Source: Myxococcota bacterium (GTDB taxonomy: Bacteria; Myxococcota_A; UBA796; SXON01). Taken from it: a DNA stretch of 64,000 nucleotides. The stretch lies in NCBI GenBank assembly GCA_040386535.1, contig JAZKFH010000038.1, positions 151,016-215,015 on the forward strand, written 5' to 3'. Position 1 is the stretch's first letter. Each line of letters begins with the position of its first letter. Below the pieces are notes generated by a model. It ran no database searches, was not told where the DNA came from, and saw only the letters and a program-made list of their open reading frames with translations. Below are positions 37,118-46,686 of the stretch, one piece after another. A program made the translations under genes and the position numbers.

Positions 37118-39214
37118 ATGGGGCCAATCCTGCTCGTCGCGCTGCTCCCGGGCTGCAGCGACTACCTGCTGCAGGAGCGGAAGGATCGTGACGCCACCGA
37201 CTCCGGCGCCCCCACCGACATCGAGACGGACGCGCTCCTCGACACCGGGCCCTCCTGCCCGGAGGTGCCCGATCTGCTCGATGGCGTCGCGACGGACGAG
37301 GCATGCCGCGCCGAGCCCGTGACCGGCACCCTCGACGCGGTGGTGGAGTGGAACCTCTCGCGGCTGAACGAGCTCCCCGAGTACGGCCACGTGTTGATGA
37401 CACCGGTCGTCGGCCCCCTGCTCGACGGCGACGAGGACGGCGACGTGGACGCCTCCGATCCGCCCAGCATCGTGGTCGTGATGGACGACGGCGGCGCCGA
37501 CGCGAACAACTCCCACGGGGTGCTCCGGGTGGTCGACGGGCGGGATGGCACGTTGTTGACCTCCGTGTCACGGACCGATTGGGAGACGTACCAGGTGTTC
37601 CCGTATCGGTACAGCAACGCCGCGCTGGGAGATGTGGACGGGGACGGCGTGGCCGAGATCGTCGTCGTGGTCACGGTGGTGGGCGGGCCGCCGGTGGACG
37701 GGGGCGGCGGATCGGACGACACGGGCAGTGGCGGCGGAGGGGGCGGCGACGGCGGGGACACGGGCATCGTGGTGCGTCCGGGGGCTCCGGACGGTGGCGC
37801 TCCGGATGGCGGTCCTCCCGAGGCGCCGCCGGGGCCCCCGCCGGAAGGGGGCGAGGGCGGCCCGTGCCGCGTGGCGGCCTACACACCGGACGGTGCCTTG
37901 CGTTGGTTGGCGGCCGAACCTGCCATCGCGTGCGGGGGCCATGCGCCCGCGCTCGCGGACCTCGAAGGGGACGGCGCCGTCGAGGTCATCGTGGGCGCCA
38001 ATGTCTACGAGGGCGCGACCGGCGCGGTGCGCTATTCCGGCACGGGTGGGGCCGGGCGGCCGCGCGGCTTCAGCGAGGCGGGGTGGATGAGCTTCGCCGC
38101 GGATCTCGACGGGGACGGCGCGCAGGAGGTGGTGACCGGGTCGACGATCTACGCGGCCGACGGCGCCGTGGTGTGTGACACGGGCGAGCCGGACGGATTT
38201 CCGGCCGTGGCCGATCTGGACGGGGACGGCCGGGGCGACGTGGTCGTGGTGTCCGACGGCACGGTGCGCGTGTTCGACAGCGGGTGTGTCATTCGCGCTT
38301 CGTGGAGCCTCGACGGGGCCGGCTTCGGCGGGCCGCCGACCCTCGGAGATCTCGACGGGGACGGCCTCCCCGACATCGGGATCGCGTCCGCGGAGACCTA
38401 CGCGACCTACAACGCGGACGGCACGCCGCTGTGGAGCGTGCCAATCTCCGACAGCTCCTCGTCCACCACGGGCTCGGCCTTCTACGACTTCGACGGGGAC
38501 GGCGTTCTGGAGGTGGTGTACGCCGACGAGGTCGCGCTCTGGCTGCTGGACGGCGCCACGGGGGACGTGCGGCTGATGGACGACACGCACAGCTCGCGCA
38601 CGCTCCACGAGCTGCCGGTGGTCGTGGATGTCGACGGGGACGGGTTCACCGAGATCGTCGTCCCCAACGGCGGCACCCACTCCGACACCGCGGCGTTTGG
38701 GTTGTACGTGCTCGGCTCGGCGGACGGCTCCTGGCCTGCCAACCGGGCGGTGTGGAACCAACACGCCTATTCGGTCACCAACATCGCGGATGACTTGTCG
38801 GTGCCCGCTACGCCGACGCCCAACTGGCCGACGTGGAACACGTTTCGCAGCGGCGTGGTCGATCCGTTGGGAGGCGGCGACGCGGCCGACGCCGTGCCGC
38901 TCGCCGAGGTGTGCGGCGTGGAGTGTGGCGGGGGCCGCTGGGTGGCGGACGTTCGGGTCGGCAACCAGGGGCTCGCCGGGCTCCGCGCGGACGTGCCGGT
39001 GACCCTCTACGCGGGGGACGTGGTGGTGGAGACGCAGTGGACCAGCGGCGTCGTCGACGGGGGCGGGGTGTCCGAGACGCTGCGCTTCACCGTGCCGACC
39101 GAGCAGCTCGCGGCGGAGATGCGCGTGGTGGTGGACGACGACGGGACCGGCGGCGAGCGTGTCGTGGAGTGTGTCGAGCTCAACAACGCGCTCCTGCTTC
39201 CAGGGTGTGAGTAG
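37118..39214 (+). CDS. FG-GAP/VCBS-repeat lipoprotein (paralog of 29475-31289)
   Basis: LLPGCSDY lipobox; DLDGDG..EV repeats; VWNQHAYSVTNI; ECVELNN. Confidence 0.88.
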   Translation: MGPILLVALLPGCSDYLLQERKDRDATDSGAPTDIETDALLDTGPSCPEVPDLLDGVATDEACRAEPVTGTLDAVVEWNLSRLNELPEYGHVLMTPVVGPLLDGDEDGDVDASDPPSIVVVMDDGGADANNSHGVLRVVDGRDGTLLTSVSRTDWETYQVFPYRYSNAALGDVDGDGVAEIVVVVTVVGGPPVDGGGGSDDTGSGGGGGGDGGDTGIVVRPGAPDGGAPDGGPPEAPPGPPPEGGEGGPCRVAAYTPDGALRWLAAEPAIACGGHAPALADLEGDGAVEVIVGANVYEGATGAVRYSGTGGAGRPRGFSEAGWMSFAADLDGDGAQEVVTGSTIYAADGAVVCDTGEPDGFPAVADLDGDGRGDVVVVSDGTVRVFDSGCVIRASWSLDGAGFGGPPTLGDLDGDGLPDIGIASAETYATYNADGTPLWSVPISDSSSSTTGSAFYDFDGDGVLEVVYADEVALWLLDGATGDVRLMDDTHSSRTLHELPVVVDVDGDGFTEIVVPNGGTHSDTAAFGLYVLGSADGSWPANRAVWNQHAYSVTNIADDLSVPATPTPNWPTWNTFRSGVVDPLGGGDAADAVPLAEVCGVECGGGRWVADVRVGNQGLAGLRADVPVTLYAGDVVVETQWTSGVVDGGGVSETLRFTVPTEQLAAEMRVVVDDDGTGGERVVECVELNNALLLPGCE

Positions 39215-40013
39215 GCACACCGCCCGGTGGCCGCCACACGAGGTAGCCGTTGGCCGCGAGCCAGGGGTCGGGGTCGATGCCCTCGACGCGCGTGGCGAGG
39301 CCCGCGGCGGAGGCGGTGAAGAGGGTGGCCGGCTCCGTGACACCGGAGGCGCGGGTCTCGGACCAGGCGGCCGTCCACGCGGCGAAGAACGTGTGGTGAG
39401 CGGTGCCCGGCGCGACGCGACGCAGATCACGCGGGAGGCGGTCGCGGAAGAGCAGCGGGGCGAAGCCCGAGGAGAAGTCGGTGTGGAAGAGGAGACCCTC
39501 GCGGAGGAGGGGGCCGTGGGCCTTGGGAGAGTCGGGCCCGCGGCGGAGCAGGTGGACCACGAGCACGCCGCCGCGGGCGTCGGAGGTGCCCTCGAGCACG
39601 AGGCCGCCCGGGAGCACGGCGGCGCCGAGGCGACGGTGGATGTCGGGGAGCTCGGTAGGCGGGTACTGGCGGAGCACATTCAGCACGCGGGCGAGCCGCA
39701 CGGGGGGCGAAAGGTCGAAGCTCCCCGCGCGAAACGTCGTGAGCGCGTCGGCGTAGGGGGCGGCGGCGGCGACGCGGGCGGCGTCGGAGTCGATCCCGAC
39801 GACAGGCAGGTCGGGGCGGACCGTCCGGAGCGCGTGGGCGCTCTCCAGCGTGGTCCACGGCGTGTCCCCCAGGCCGAGGTCGACGTACGGCGCGGCGGCC
39901 CAGGGCCCGTCGTGTCGGAGCAGGAGGGCGCGCTCGGCGTGACACACCCAGGCGTCCAGCGCGCTGAGTCGGCCGGCGGTGGTGCGGCCGCGGGCGGGGG
40001 TCGACAGGGGCAT
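39180..40013 (-). CDS. Class I SAM-dependent methyltransferase-like protein
   Basis: VDLGLG motif I, VVGIDSD, LNVLRQY, PGGLVLEGTSD. Confidence 0.75.
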   Translation of the reverse strand: MPLSTPARGRTTAGRLSALDAWVCHAERALLLRHDGPWAAAPYVDLGLGDTPWTTLESAHALRTVRPDLPVVGIDSDAARVAAAAPYADALTTFRAGSFDLSPPVRLARVLNVLRQYPPTELPDIHRRLGAAVLPGGLVLEGTSDARGGVLVVHLLRRGPDSPKAHGPLLREGLLFHTDFSSGFAPLLFRDRLPRDLRRVAPGTAHHTFFAAWTAAWSETRASGVTEPATLFTASAAGLATRVEGIDPDPWLAANGYLVWRPPGGVPTHTLEAGARC

Positions 40014-40036
40014 GCGTCCGCACTAAGCCGCCGGCC

Positions 40037-40507
40037 ATGACCGTCGATGCCAAGGACTTCAAGGATGCCATGTCCCGCTTTGCCAGCGGGGTCACCGTCG
40101 TAACGGTCGAGCACGGCGGAGAGGTGCACGGCATCACCGTCAGCGCGTTCATCTCGGTCTCCCTCGCGCCCCCGCTGATCCTCGTCTCGATCGACCGCAA
40201 GGCCGGCCTGCACGATCTGATCGCGGGGGCCGAACGCTTCACCGTGAGCATGCTCGCGGCCGACCAGGTGGACGTGTCGAACTACTACGCCGGGTGGCGC
40301 AAGCCCGAGCAGACCGTGGAGCTCGCGCGCACCGAGCGCGGCTCGGCCGTGGTCGCGGGCGCGCTGGGGTGGATCGAGTGCACCCAGTTCAACGCGGTCG
40401 ACGGGGGAGACCACACCCTCTTCCTCGGCCGGGTCGAAGCCGTGACCACACGTGACGGAGAGCCCCTGATCTACTTCCGGAGCCGCTACCGCGCGCTGAT
40501 CGAGTGA
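40037..40507 (+). CDS. Flavin reductase family protein
   Basis: FKDAMSRFASGVTVVT, SVSLAPPLILVS, GGDHTLFLGRV, PLIY. Confidence 0.95.
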   Translation: MTVDAKDFKDAMSRFASGVTVVTVEHGGEVHGITVSAFISVSLAPPLILVSIDRKAGLHDLIAGAERFTVSMLAADQVDVSNYYAGWRKPEQTVELARTERGSAVVAGALGWIECTQFNAVDGGDHTLFLGRVEAVTTRDGEPLIYFRSRYRALIE

Positions 40508-40598
40508 TCGGTTGACGCCGAGCTCCGGTCGGTCCGCCTCGCGCCGGCTTGTGGTTCGCCTCCATCCGGGCTAGTCCGGGAGGGTACCAGGAGCCTCC

Positions 40599-40982
40599 AT
40601 GCGTCTCGTCGCCACTCTCGCTTTCGCCCTCGCCGCCTCGGGCGCCGCCCTCGCGTGCCCGGGTGACAAGTCCACCGCCAGCGCCGACGGCGCCGAGAAG
40701 TCGGGCAAGCACTGCGACATGCCGACCGCCACGGCCGCCGCCGCCCCCCTCCCCGCGGACGGCAAGCACGTCAAGCTCACGGTCGCCGGCATGCATTGTG
40801 GCGCCTGCGCCGACAAGGTCAAGACCGCCCTCATCGGCGTCGAAGGCGTGAAGGGCGCCACGGTCGACGCGACGACCGGCGTGGCCGAGGTGGCCTTCGA
40901 CGAGAAGAAGGCGAACACCGACAAGCTCATCGCGGCCGTCGCCGCGACCAAGCAGTTCACCGCCACGATCGCGACCAACTAA
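40599..40982 (+). CDS. Exported heavy-metal-associated (HMA) domain protein, MerP/CopZ-like
   Basis: Signal peptide; GMHCGAC metal-binding motif; RBS AGGAG. Confidence 0.88.
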   Translation: MRLVATLAFALAASGAALACPGDKSTASADGAEKSGKHCDMPTATAAAAPLPADGKHVKLTVAGMHCGACADKVKTALIGVEGVKGATVDATTGVAEVAFDEKKANTDKLIAAVAATKQFTATIATN

Positions 40983-40992
40983 GCCCCCGCAG

Positions 40993-41655
40993 TTGCCCGT
41001 CGCCACCGCGCTCGTCGCGATCCTGTCCGGCCTCGCCGCGCCCGCCGCTGCAAGCGTGTGCGACGACGCCATCTTCGCGACCATCGCGGCGCCCCCACCG
41101 GTGGACGATCGCCACGGCGTCGCAACGGGCACCGCCACGCTCGACGGCAAGGACATGGTGGGCGGCCGCTTCTCCCTCGACAGCGACCGCGCGCCCGAGG
41201 TGTGGAAGAAGGTGCTGCTCGCCGCCGCCGACCAGGACGACTGGATGCCGAAACGGTTCGGCTACGAGCGCGTCGAGGCGATCGACGCGGACCACATGTA
41301 CCTGCGCTTCGACATCGGCTTCCTCGCCAACAGCGTGCACGTGAAGCGCCAGATCGTCGTGACCACGACCAGCGGCATGGTGGGCGACAAGTTCCGCACC
41401 TGCTGGCGGATGACCGATCCGACGCCCTACCTGCCCCGCATCGCCCACCTCGTGTCACCCGACATCGATTGGGAGCGCACCAGCACCGGGTGGTGGGAGG
41501 TGACACCGAAGCCGGGTGGCGGCGCTGTCATCAACTACCAATGGTGGGCGGAGACCGGGAAGATCCCCAACGTGGTGCTGCGCTACGGGCTCTCCAACAC
41601 GCTGCCCGACCTGCTCGACGCGTTCGACGAGCGGGTCGCGTCGGTCTCCAAGTAG
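40993..41655 (+). CDS. Secreted START/SRPBCC-like hypothetical protein
   Basis: Signal peptide; WMP...GWWEVTP...INYQW...GKIP and a terminal helix typical of START-like folds. Confidence 0.6.
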   Translation: MPVATALVAILSGLAAPAAASVCDDAIFATIAAPPPVDDRHGVATGTATLDGKDMVGGRFSLDSDRAPEVWKKVLLAAADQDDWMPKRFGYERVEAIDADHMYLRFDIGFLANSVHVKRQIVVTTTSGMVGDKFRTCWRMTDPTPYLPRIAHLVSPDIDWERTSTGWWEVTPKPGGGAVINYQWWAETGKIPNVVLRYGLSNTLPDLLDAFDERVASVSK

Positions 41656-41656
41656 G

Positions 41657-42862
41657 TCAGGCTTCCGCGCGGTTCAACGCCGTGTCCCGCGCGATCGCCC
41701 CGAGCCAGGGCACGTCCCGCGCCGAGGTGGAGGCCGCCGCGCGCAGGAGGGTGCGCGTGCGGAGGCGGTTGCCGGCGAAGTCCTGGGCGAAGAGCTGCAG
41801 GAACGCGGGGTTGTCCGCCAGGATCCGCTCGGTGCGCGCCCGGTTGGGGTAGTACGTGCGGTACATCACGAGGCGGGCGAACAGGCCGCGGCCGAAACGT
41901 GACAGGAGCACGTCCCGTTTCCAATCGGCGAAGGTGAAGTCACCCGTGCGGAAGGCACGGGACAAGCGGCGCGCGGCCAATTCGCCGTACTCGATGGCCT
42001 GGGCGATGCCCTCGCCGGTGGCGATGTCGATGCCCGCGGCCTCGCCGACGAGCAGCGCGCGCGGCTTGCTGATGGGATCGGCGGCGTCGAAGCCGCGCTC
42101 GCCGAAGGGCTTGAGCGTGTAGTCCCCGATCGCCAGCCCCCGCGCCGCGAGGTAGGCGCGGAGCCGATCCTTGACGTTGTCCGCGCCGAGCGTGCGGATG
42201 ACATACACGCCGCGGCACATGCGCGGCTCGCCCTTCACCAGCGTGGGGAAGTCCCAGCCGTAGCCGTGGATCGTGCGGTCGCTCCAGTCGAACAGGAGCG
42301 TGTCGCGCGCGAGATCACTCGCGACGATCTCCGTGTCACACTCGATGACCTGGGCGCGCAGCCGCCCGCCGGACAAACCGAGGGAGCGCCGCACCACGCC
42401 GCCCACGCCGTCCGCGCCCACGACCACGCGGGCCAGCACGACCTCGCCGTCCGAGAGCACCAGCCGCACCCCGTCGGCCGTCGCGACCACCTCACGCACG
42501 GCGGCGCCCTCGCGCACGATGATGCCGCGGCTCGTGGCGGCTCGCGCGAGCGCGTGGTCGAACTCGATACGCCGCACGACCTGGCCAAAGCCGGGCTCGG
42601 TGACGCGGAGCGTGGTGTCCTGCGTGCGCAGGGCGACCGCGCCGATGGGGACCGCGGGGACATCCGCGGTGACACCGATGCGGGCCAGCGCCTTGAGCGC
42701 GCGGCCGCCGATGCCGCCCGCACAATACTTCTCGCGCGGGTAGTGCTCGCGTTCGAGCACGAGCGTGCGCTCGGCCAGGGCCGGGGCGTGCGCGTGGAGG
42801 TGGAGGGCGGTGCTGATGCCGGCGGGACCTCCGCCGACGATCACGATGTCGTAGGTGCGCAT
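41657..42862 (-). CDS. FAD-dependent oxidoreductase, geranylgeranyl reductase-like
   Basis: YDIVIVGGGPAG, YPREKYCAGG, VVGADG, GYGWDFP, LLVGEAAG...TGEGIAQA. Confidence 0.9.
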   Translation of the reverse strand: MRTYDIVIVGGGPAGISTALHLHAHAPALAERTLVLEREHYPREKYCAGGIGGRALKALARIGVTADVPAVPIGAVALRTQDTTLRVTEPGFGQVVRRIEFDHALARAATSRGIIVREGAAVREVVATADGVRLVLSDGEVVLARVVVGADGVGGVVRRSLGLSGGRLRAQVIECDTEIVASDLARDTLLFDWSDRTIHGYGWDFPTLVKGEPRMCRGVYVIRTLGADNVKDRLRAYLAARGLAIGDYTLKPFGERGFDAADPISKPRALLVGEAAGIDIATGEGIAQAIEYGELAARRLSRAFRTGDFTFADWKRDVLLSRFGRGLFARLVMYRTYYPNRARTERILADNPAFLQLFAQDFAGNRLRTRTLLRAAASTSARDVPWLGAIARDTALNRAEA

Positions 42863-42876
42863 CTGCGGGGAGGATC

Positions 42877-45471
42877 CTACGGGCAGCCGTCGTTGGCGGC
42901 GCCGGGCGTGCCGTAGTTCCCCACGTAGTACGAGGACGTTGCCGTGCACCAGTTCCCCGCCGAGTCGTTCGACGTGGCGTCGAGCGTCGTGGGGTCGAGC
43001 GTGAGGCTGTACCCAGGCGTGTTGGGGAACGACGTGGTGTAGCCCACGCGGTCGATGACCACGCCATCGTTGGAGAGCACGATCTCGTCGCCGCTGTTGC
43101 CCATCTGGAGGCTGCCGCCGTACACGTAGTCGGCCGTGATGCCGCCGTTGGTGGAGGTCGAGCCGCTGCGCATGAACTTGGCGTACCGGCCGGGGAGCAC
43201 GGTCACGTCGGTGGTCATGTCAAGCGTCTCGCCGTCGTCGTCCGCGATGGTCCAGCCGCACATCTTGATGGTGGTGGTCGAGGCGTTGTAGACCTCGAAC
43301 CACTCGGCGGTGGTGTCACTGAGGGTGCCCGTGGGGTCCTTCATGATCTCGGTGATGATGAGCTCACCGGGGTCCATCACGCCCTCGTCGCACTTGTCGT
43401 CGCAGTCGTTGTCCACGCCGTCGCGGATCTCGAGGGCGCCGCCGTACACGAGCACGTTGGTGTCGTCACAGTCGTCTTCCAACGTCCACCCGTCGCCGTC
43501 CTGGTCGTCGTCGTTGCCGTCACAATCGTCGTCGACGCCGTCGTACCAGGTCTCGCGCTCGCCGGGGTTGATGTTGGGATCGAGGTCGTCGCAGTCGTCC
43601 GCGAGGCCGTAGCCGTCGGCATCCTGGTCGTCGTCGAAGCCGTCACAGTTCTCGTCGACCCCGTTGTACCAGACCTCGGTCGCGCGGGGGTACGCGGTGG
43701 GATCGGTGTCGTCACAGTCGACGCTGTAGGGGTACCCGTCGACATCCTGGTCGGTGTCGTTGCCGTCACAGTCCTGGTCGACCCCGTCGTACCAGACCTC
43801 GGTGGCGAGGGGGGAGCGGGCGGCGTTGGTGTCGTCGCAATCGTCGTCACGCTCGGAGCCGTCGCCGTCCTGGTCGTAGTCGTTGCCACCGGCGCAGTCC
43901 TGGTCGACGCCGTCGTACCAGACCTCGGCCGCGCCGGGGTGGATGGTGGCCGCGGTGTCGTTGCAATCGTCGGCCAGGTCGTAGCCGTCTCCGTCCTGGT
44001 CGTCGTCATTGCCATCACAATTCTGGTCGATGTCGTCGTACCAGATCTCCTCCTCGCCGGAGTTCACCAGCGGGTCGGTGTCGTCGCAGTCGGCGGTGTA
44101 GGCGAGGCCGTCGCCGTCCTGATCGACGTCGTTGCCGTCGCAGTCCTGGTCGACGCCGTCGTACCAGACCTCGGTCGCGGCGGGGTTCACCGCGGCGTCG
44201 GTGTCCGCGCAGTCGTCGGCGAGCGCGTAGCCGTCGCCGTCCTGATCGTCGTCGCGGCCGTCACAATTCTGATCCACGCTGTCGTACCAGACCTCGTCCC
44301 GGCCGGGATTGACGTTAGCGTTCAGGTCGTTGCAGTCGTCTGCGACGTTGTACCCGTCGACATCCTGGTCCTGATCGTTGCCGTCACAGTCGTCGTCCAC
44401 GCCGTCGTACCAGACCTCGGCGGCGAGCGGGTTCACCGCGGCGTTGGTGTCGTCACAGTCCTCCGCGAGCACGAAGCCGTCGCCGTCCTGGTCGTCGTCC
44501 TGGCCGTCGCAGTCCTGATCGACGCCGTCGTACCAGATCTCGACCGCGTCGGGGGCCACGCCGGCGTCGGTGTCGTCGCAATCGCCGTCGAGCTCGGACC
44601 AGCCGTCGGCGTCGTCATCGGAGAGCGTGGTGTTGTCGTCCACGACGCCGTTGCAGTCGTTGTCCGCACCGTCCGCGACCTCGAAGCCGCCCGGGTAGGA
44701 GGTCGGGTCGCCGTCGTCACAGTCACCGTCGCAAGTGGTGACGTCGTCGGCGTCGGCGTCGAGGCACGGGTCGATCTCGACGTTCACGCCGCACACGTCC
44801 ACCGCGCCGCGCGGATCGGTGACGGTGAGCGTGAGGAGGTGGCGGCCGCCGGTGAGCGAGAGATCGCTCGTGGTGATCGTGCCGCTCGACGCGGGCGAGC
44901 CGGTCCACAACACGCCGTCGAGATCGCTCGCGAGGACGGCCTCGAGGTCGGCGGAGTCGGTCTCGCCGTCGATCGCGTGGGCGAGGAAGGGGATCAGATC
45001 GTCGGTCTGGAAGGTGTCGCCCTCGGTGGGCGAGTCGATCTCGCACGACGGGAGCGTGTTGACCGCGGGGAGGATGCGCACCTGCGCCTCGGCGGCCTGC
45101 CCGTTCTGGTCGATGACGGAGATGCCGATGGTCTGCGTGGTGCCGGTGAGCGGCAGGGTCAGGCCGAAGTTGCCGCCCGCGCAGGTCTCCGGCGTGGAGC
45201 CGTCGGACTCGAACAGCACGCCGTCCACGCTGCTCTGGACGAGGATGGACAGCTCGTCGATCCGGTCCTCGTCGTCGATCTGGGCGCAGAACGTGACGTC
45301 GGCCGTCGGATCGAAGGACGTGTTGTCCAGCGGCGTGATGATCTCGACGGTAGGCGGTTTGTCGGAGGAGCCGAGCGTCGATTCGTTGCAGGCGGCGAGG
45401 GCGAGGAGCGCGAACGCCCGCAGGCGGAGGGCGGGGCGCCCGTGCGCGATACCGGGACGAGAGACGAGCAT
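42877..45471 (-). CDS. Surface lipoprotein: Ig-like domains, about 11 MopE-like Asp/Cys repeats, C-terminal lamin-tail domain
   Basis: LALAAC lipobox; DCDD..x..E(V/I/T)WYDGVDQDCDG repeats; IITEIMKDP...EWFEVYN...GTPGAAND. Confidence 0.9.
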   Translation of the reverse strand: MLVSRPGIAHGRPALRLRAFALLALAACNESTLGSSDKPPTVEIITPLDNTSFDPTADVTFCAQIDDEDRIDELSILVQSSVDGVLFESDGSTPETCAGGNFGLTLPLTGTTQTIGISVIDQNGQAAEAQVRILPAVNTLPSCEIDSPTEGDTFQTDDLIPFLAHAIDGETDSADLEAVLASDLDGVLWTGSPASSGTITTSDLSLTGGRHLLTLTVTDPRGAVDVCGVNVEIDPCLDADADDVTTCDGDCDDGDPTSYPGGFEVADGADNDCNGVVDDNTTLSDDDADGWSELDGDCDDTDAGVAPDAVEIWYDGVDQDCDGQDDDQDGDGFVLAEDCDDTNAAVNPLAAEVWYDGVDDDCDGNDQDQDVDGYNVADDCNDLNANVNPGRDEVWYDSVDQNCDGRDDDQDGDGYALADDCADTDAAVNPAATEVWYDGVDQDCDGNDVDQDGDGLAYTADCDDTDPLVNSGEEEIWYDDIDQNCDGNDDDQDGDGYDLADDCNDTAATIHPGAAEVWYDGVDQDCAGGNDYDQDGDGSERDDDCDDTNAARSPLATEVWYDGVDQDCDGNDTDQDVDGYPYSVDCDDTDPTAYPRATEVWYNGVDENCDGFDDDQDADGYGLADDCDDLDPNINPGERETWYDGVDDDCDGNDDDQDGDGWTLEDDCDDTNVLVYGGALEIRDGVDNDCDDKCDEGVMDPGELIITEIMKDPTGTLSDTTAEWFEVYNASTTTIKMCGWTIADDDGETLDMTTDVTVLPGRYAKFMRSGSTSTNGGITADYVYGGSLQMGNSGDEIVLSNDGVVIDRVGYTTSFPNTPGYSLTLDPTTLDATSNDSAGNWCTATSSYYVGNYGTPGAANDGCP

Positions 45472-45532
45472 GGGGCCTCCGAGCGGGGCCCTCTATGATG
45501 CGCGGACGGGAGCACAAGGCGCTACCCGTTCG

Positions 45533-45590
45533 CGGTTCTACGATGTTTCGCGATGTTCCCGGGGGTTGCCGGGATGTTGCTCGGATGTTG
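45533..45590. promoter_or_regulatory. Helically phased GATGTT / AACATC direct-repeat array
   Basis: GTT cores at 45535, 45545, 45555, 45565, 45576, 45587; four are full GATGTT. Confidence 0.5.
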
Positions 45591-45608
45591 CGGGGGCGAT
45601 CCGGAGGG

Positions 45609-45917
45609 TCAGTGGCGGGTGGAGCCGCCGCCCGGGTTCTCCTCGTAGTGGAACGGCTCGGAGCGGCGCTCCTCGACCTGCCAGCGCGCGGGGTCATCCT
45701 GGCGGATGCGGCGCTCCTGGCCCTCGGCGCCACCGAAACTACCCGCGACAGGCTGCTCCTCGCGTGGCGGCGAGAGGGGCTGGGGCTCGCGCGGGGGCGC
45801 GATCGGGATGTTGGTGTCGAGGGTGCCGGAGCTGGCGGGGCCGAAGCCCGCGGGCTCCTGCGGGTTGTCGAGCTCGCCTTTGCCGGCGGGCCCGAGGTCG
45901 GGCGGACGGGTGGACAT
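45609..45917 (-). CDS. Small disordered hypothetical protein (102 aa)
   Basis: Strong RBS AGAGGAGG before ATG; Pro/Gly/Glu-rich. Confidence 0.55.
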   Translation of the reverse strand: MSTRPPDLGPAGKGELDNPQEPAGFGPASSGTLDTNIPIAPPREPQPLSPPREEQPVAGSFGGAEGQERRIRQDDPARWQVEERRSEPFHYEENPGGGSTRH

Positions 45918-46026
45918 GGGTTCCTCCTCTGAAGGCGCCAAGGGAAAGACCTGCGCACGGGACGCCCGCGGAGGCGCCGCCGATGGTTAGGATTTGGAAG
46001 GAACGTGGCTCGGCTGCGTCGAGTGC

Positions 46027-46575
46027 ATGCGCCTCTTCTTCGCCATCCCCCTCCCCGAGCCCGCCCTCGACGCGGTGGCCGAGGCCCTCGCGCCCATCCG
46101 CAACGCGCGGGCCGGCGCCCCGGGTATCGGGTGGACCCGCCGCACCCACCTGCACCTGACGCTTCGGTTCCTCGGCGAGGTCGAGGAGGCGCGCGTCGAG
46201 GCCGTGGGTGACGCGGTCGCCCCGTGGGTGCACCGCCTCCCCCCGCCTCCGGTGCGGCTCGTCGGCGGCGGCGCCTTCCCAGACGCGCGGCGCCCCAAGG
46301 TGTTGTGGATCGGCGCGGAGGCCGCGCTCGGATCGCTCGTGTCGGCCATGGAGGGCGGGCTCGCACGGCTCGGCTTCGCGCCCGAGGAGCGCCCGTTCGT
46401 GCCGCACCTCACCGTGGGCCGGGTGCGGGACGGGCGCGCGGACCGCGTCGTCGACGCCCTGCGCGAGCTCGGCGAGGTCGCGACGTTCACCCCCGCGTCG
46501 GTCGTGCTCTACGAGAGCCAGCCCTCGCCGGAGGGGGTGCGGTACGTGGCGCTGCGGACGTTCGCGCGGGGGTGA
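46027..46575 (+). CDS. thpR: RNA 2',3'-cyclic phosphodiesterase (2H family)
   Basis: MRLFFAI, HLTLRFLG, PKVLW, FVPHLTVGR, LYES. Confidence 0.93.
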   Translation: MRLFFAIPLPEPALDAVAEALAPIRNARAGAPGIGWTRRTHLHLTLRFLGEVEEARVEAVGDAVAPWVHRLPPPPVRLVGGGAFPDARRPKVLWIGAEAALGSLVSAMEGGLARLGFAPEERPFVPHLTVGRVRDGRADRVVDALRELGEVATFTPASVVLYESQPSPEGVRYVALRTFARG

Positions 46576-46686
46576 GGGGGGTCGGGGACGGAGCGGGGGA
46601 CGGAGCGGGAGAACCGGGGCAGCCGGACCGCGCGGACGCGGCCGCTGCGGGGCGGGAGTGCCGGCGCGGAGAGCCGGAGTGGAACC

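Noticed and set aside
43400..44740. Nucleotide repeats of about 117-120 bp
   Set aside because: Fully explained by the coding Asp/Cys repeats; no reverse transcriptase or adenine-specific variation to suggest a DGR
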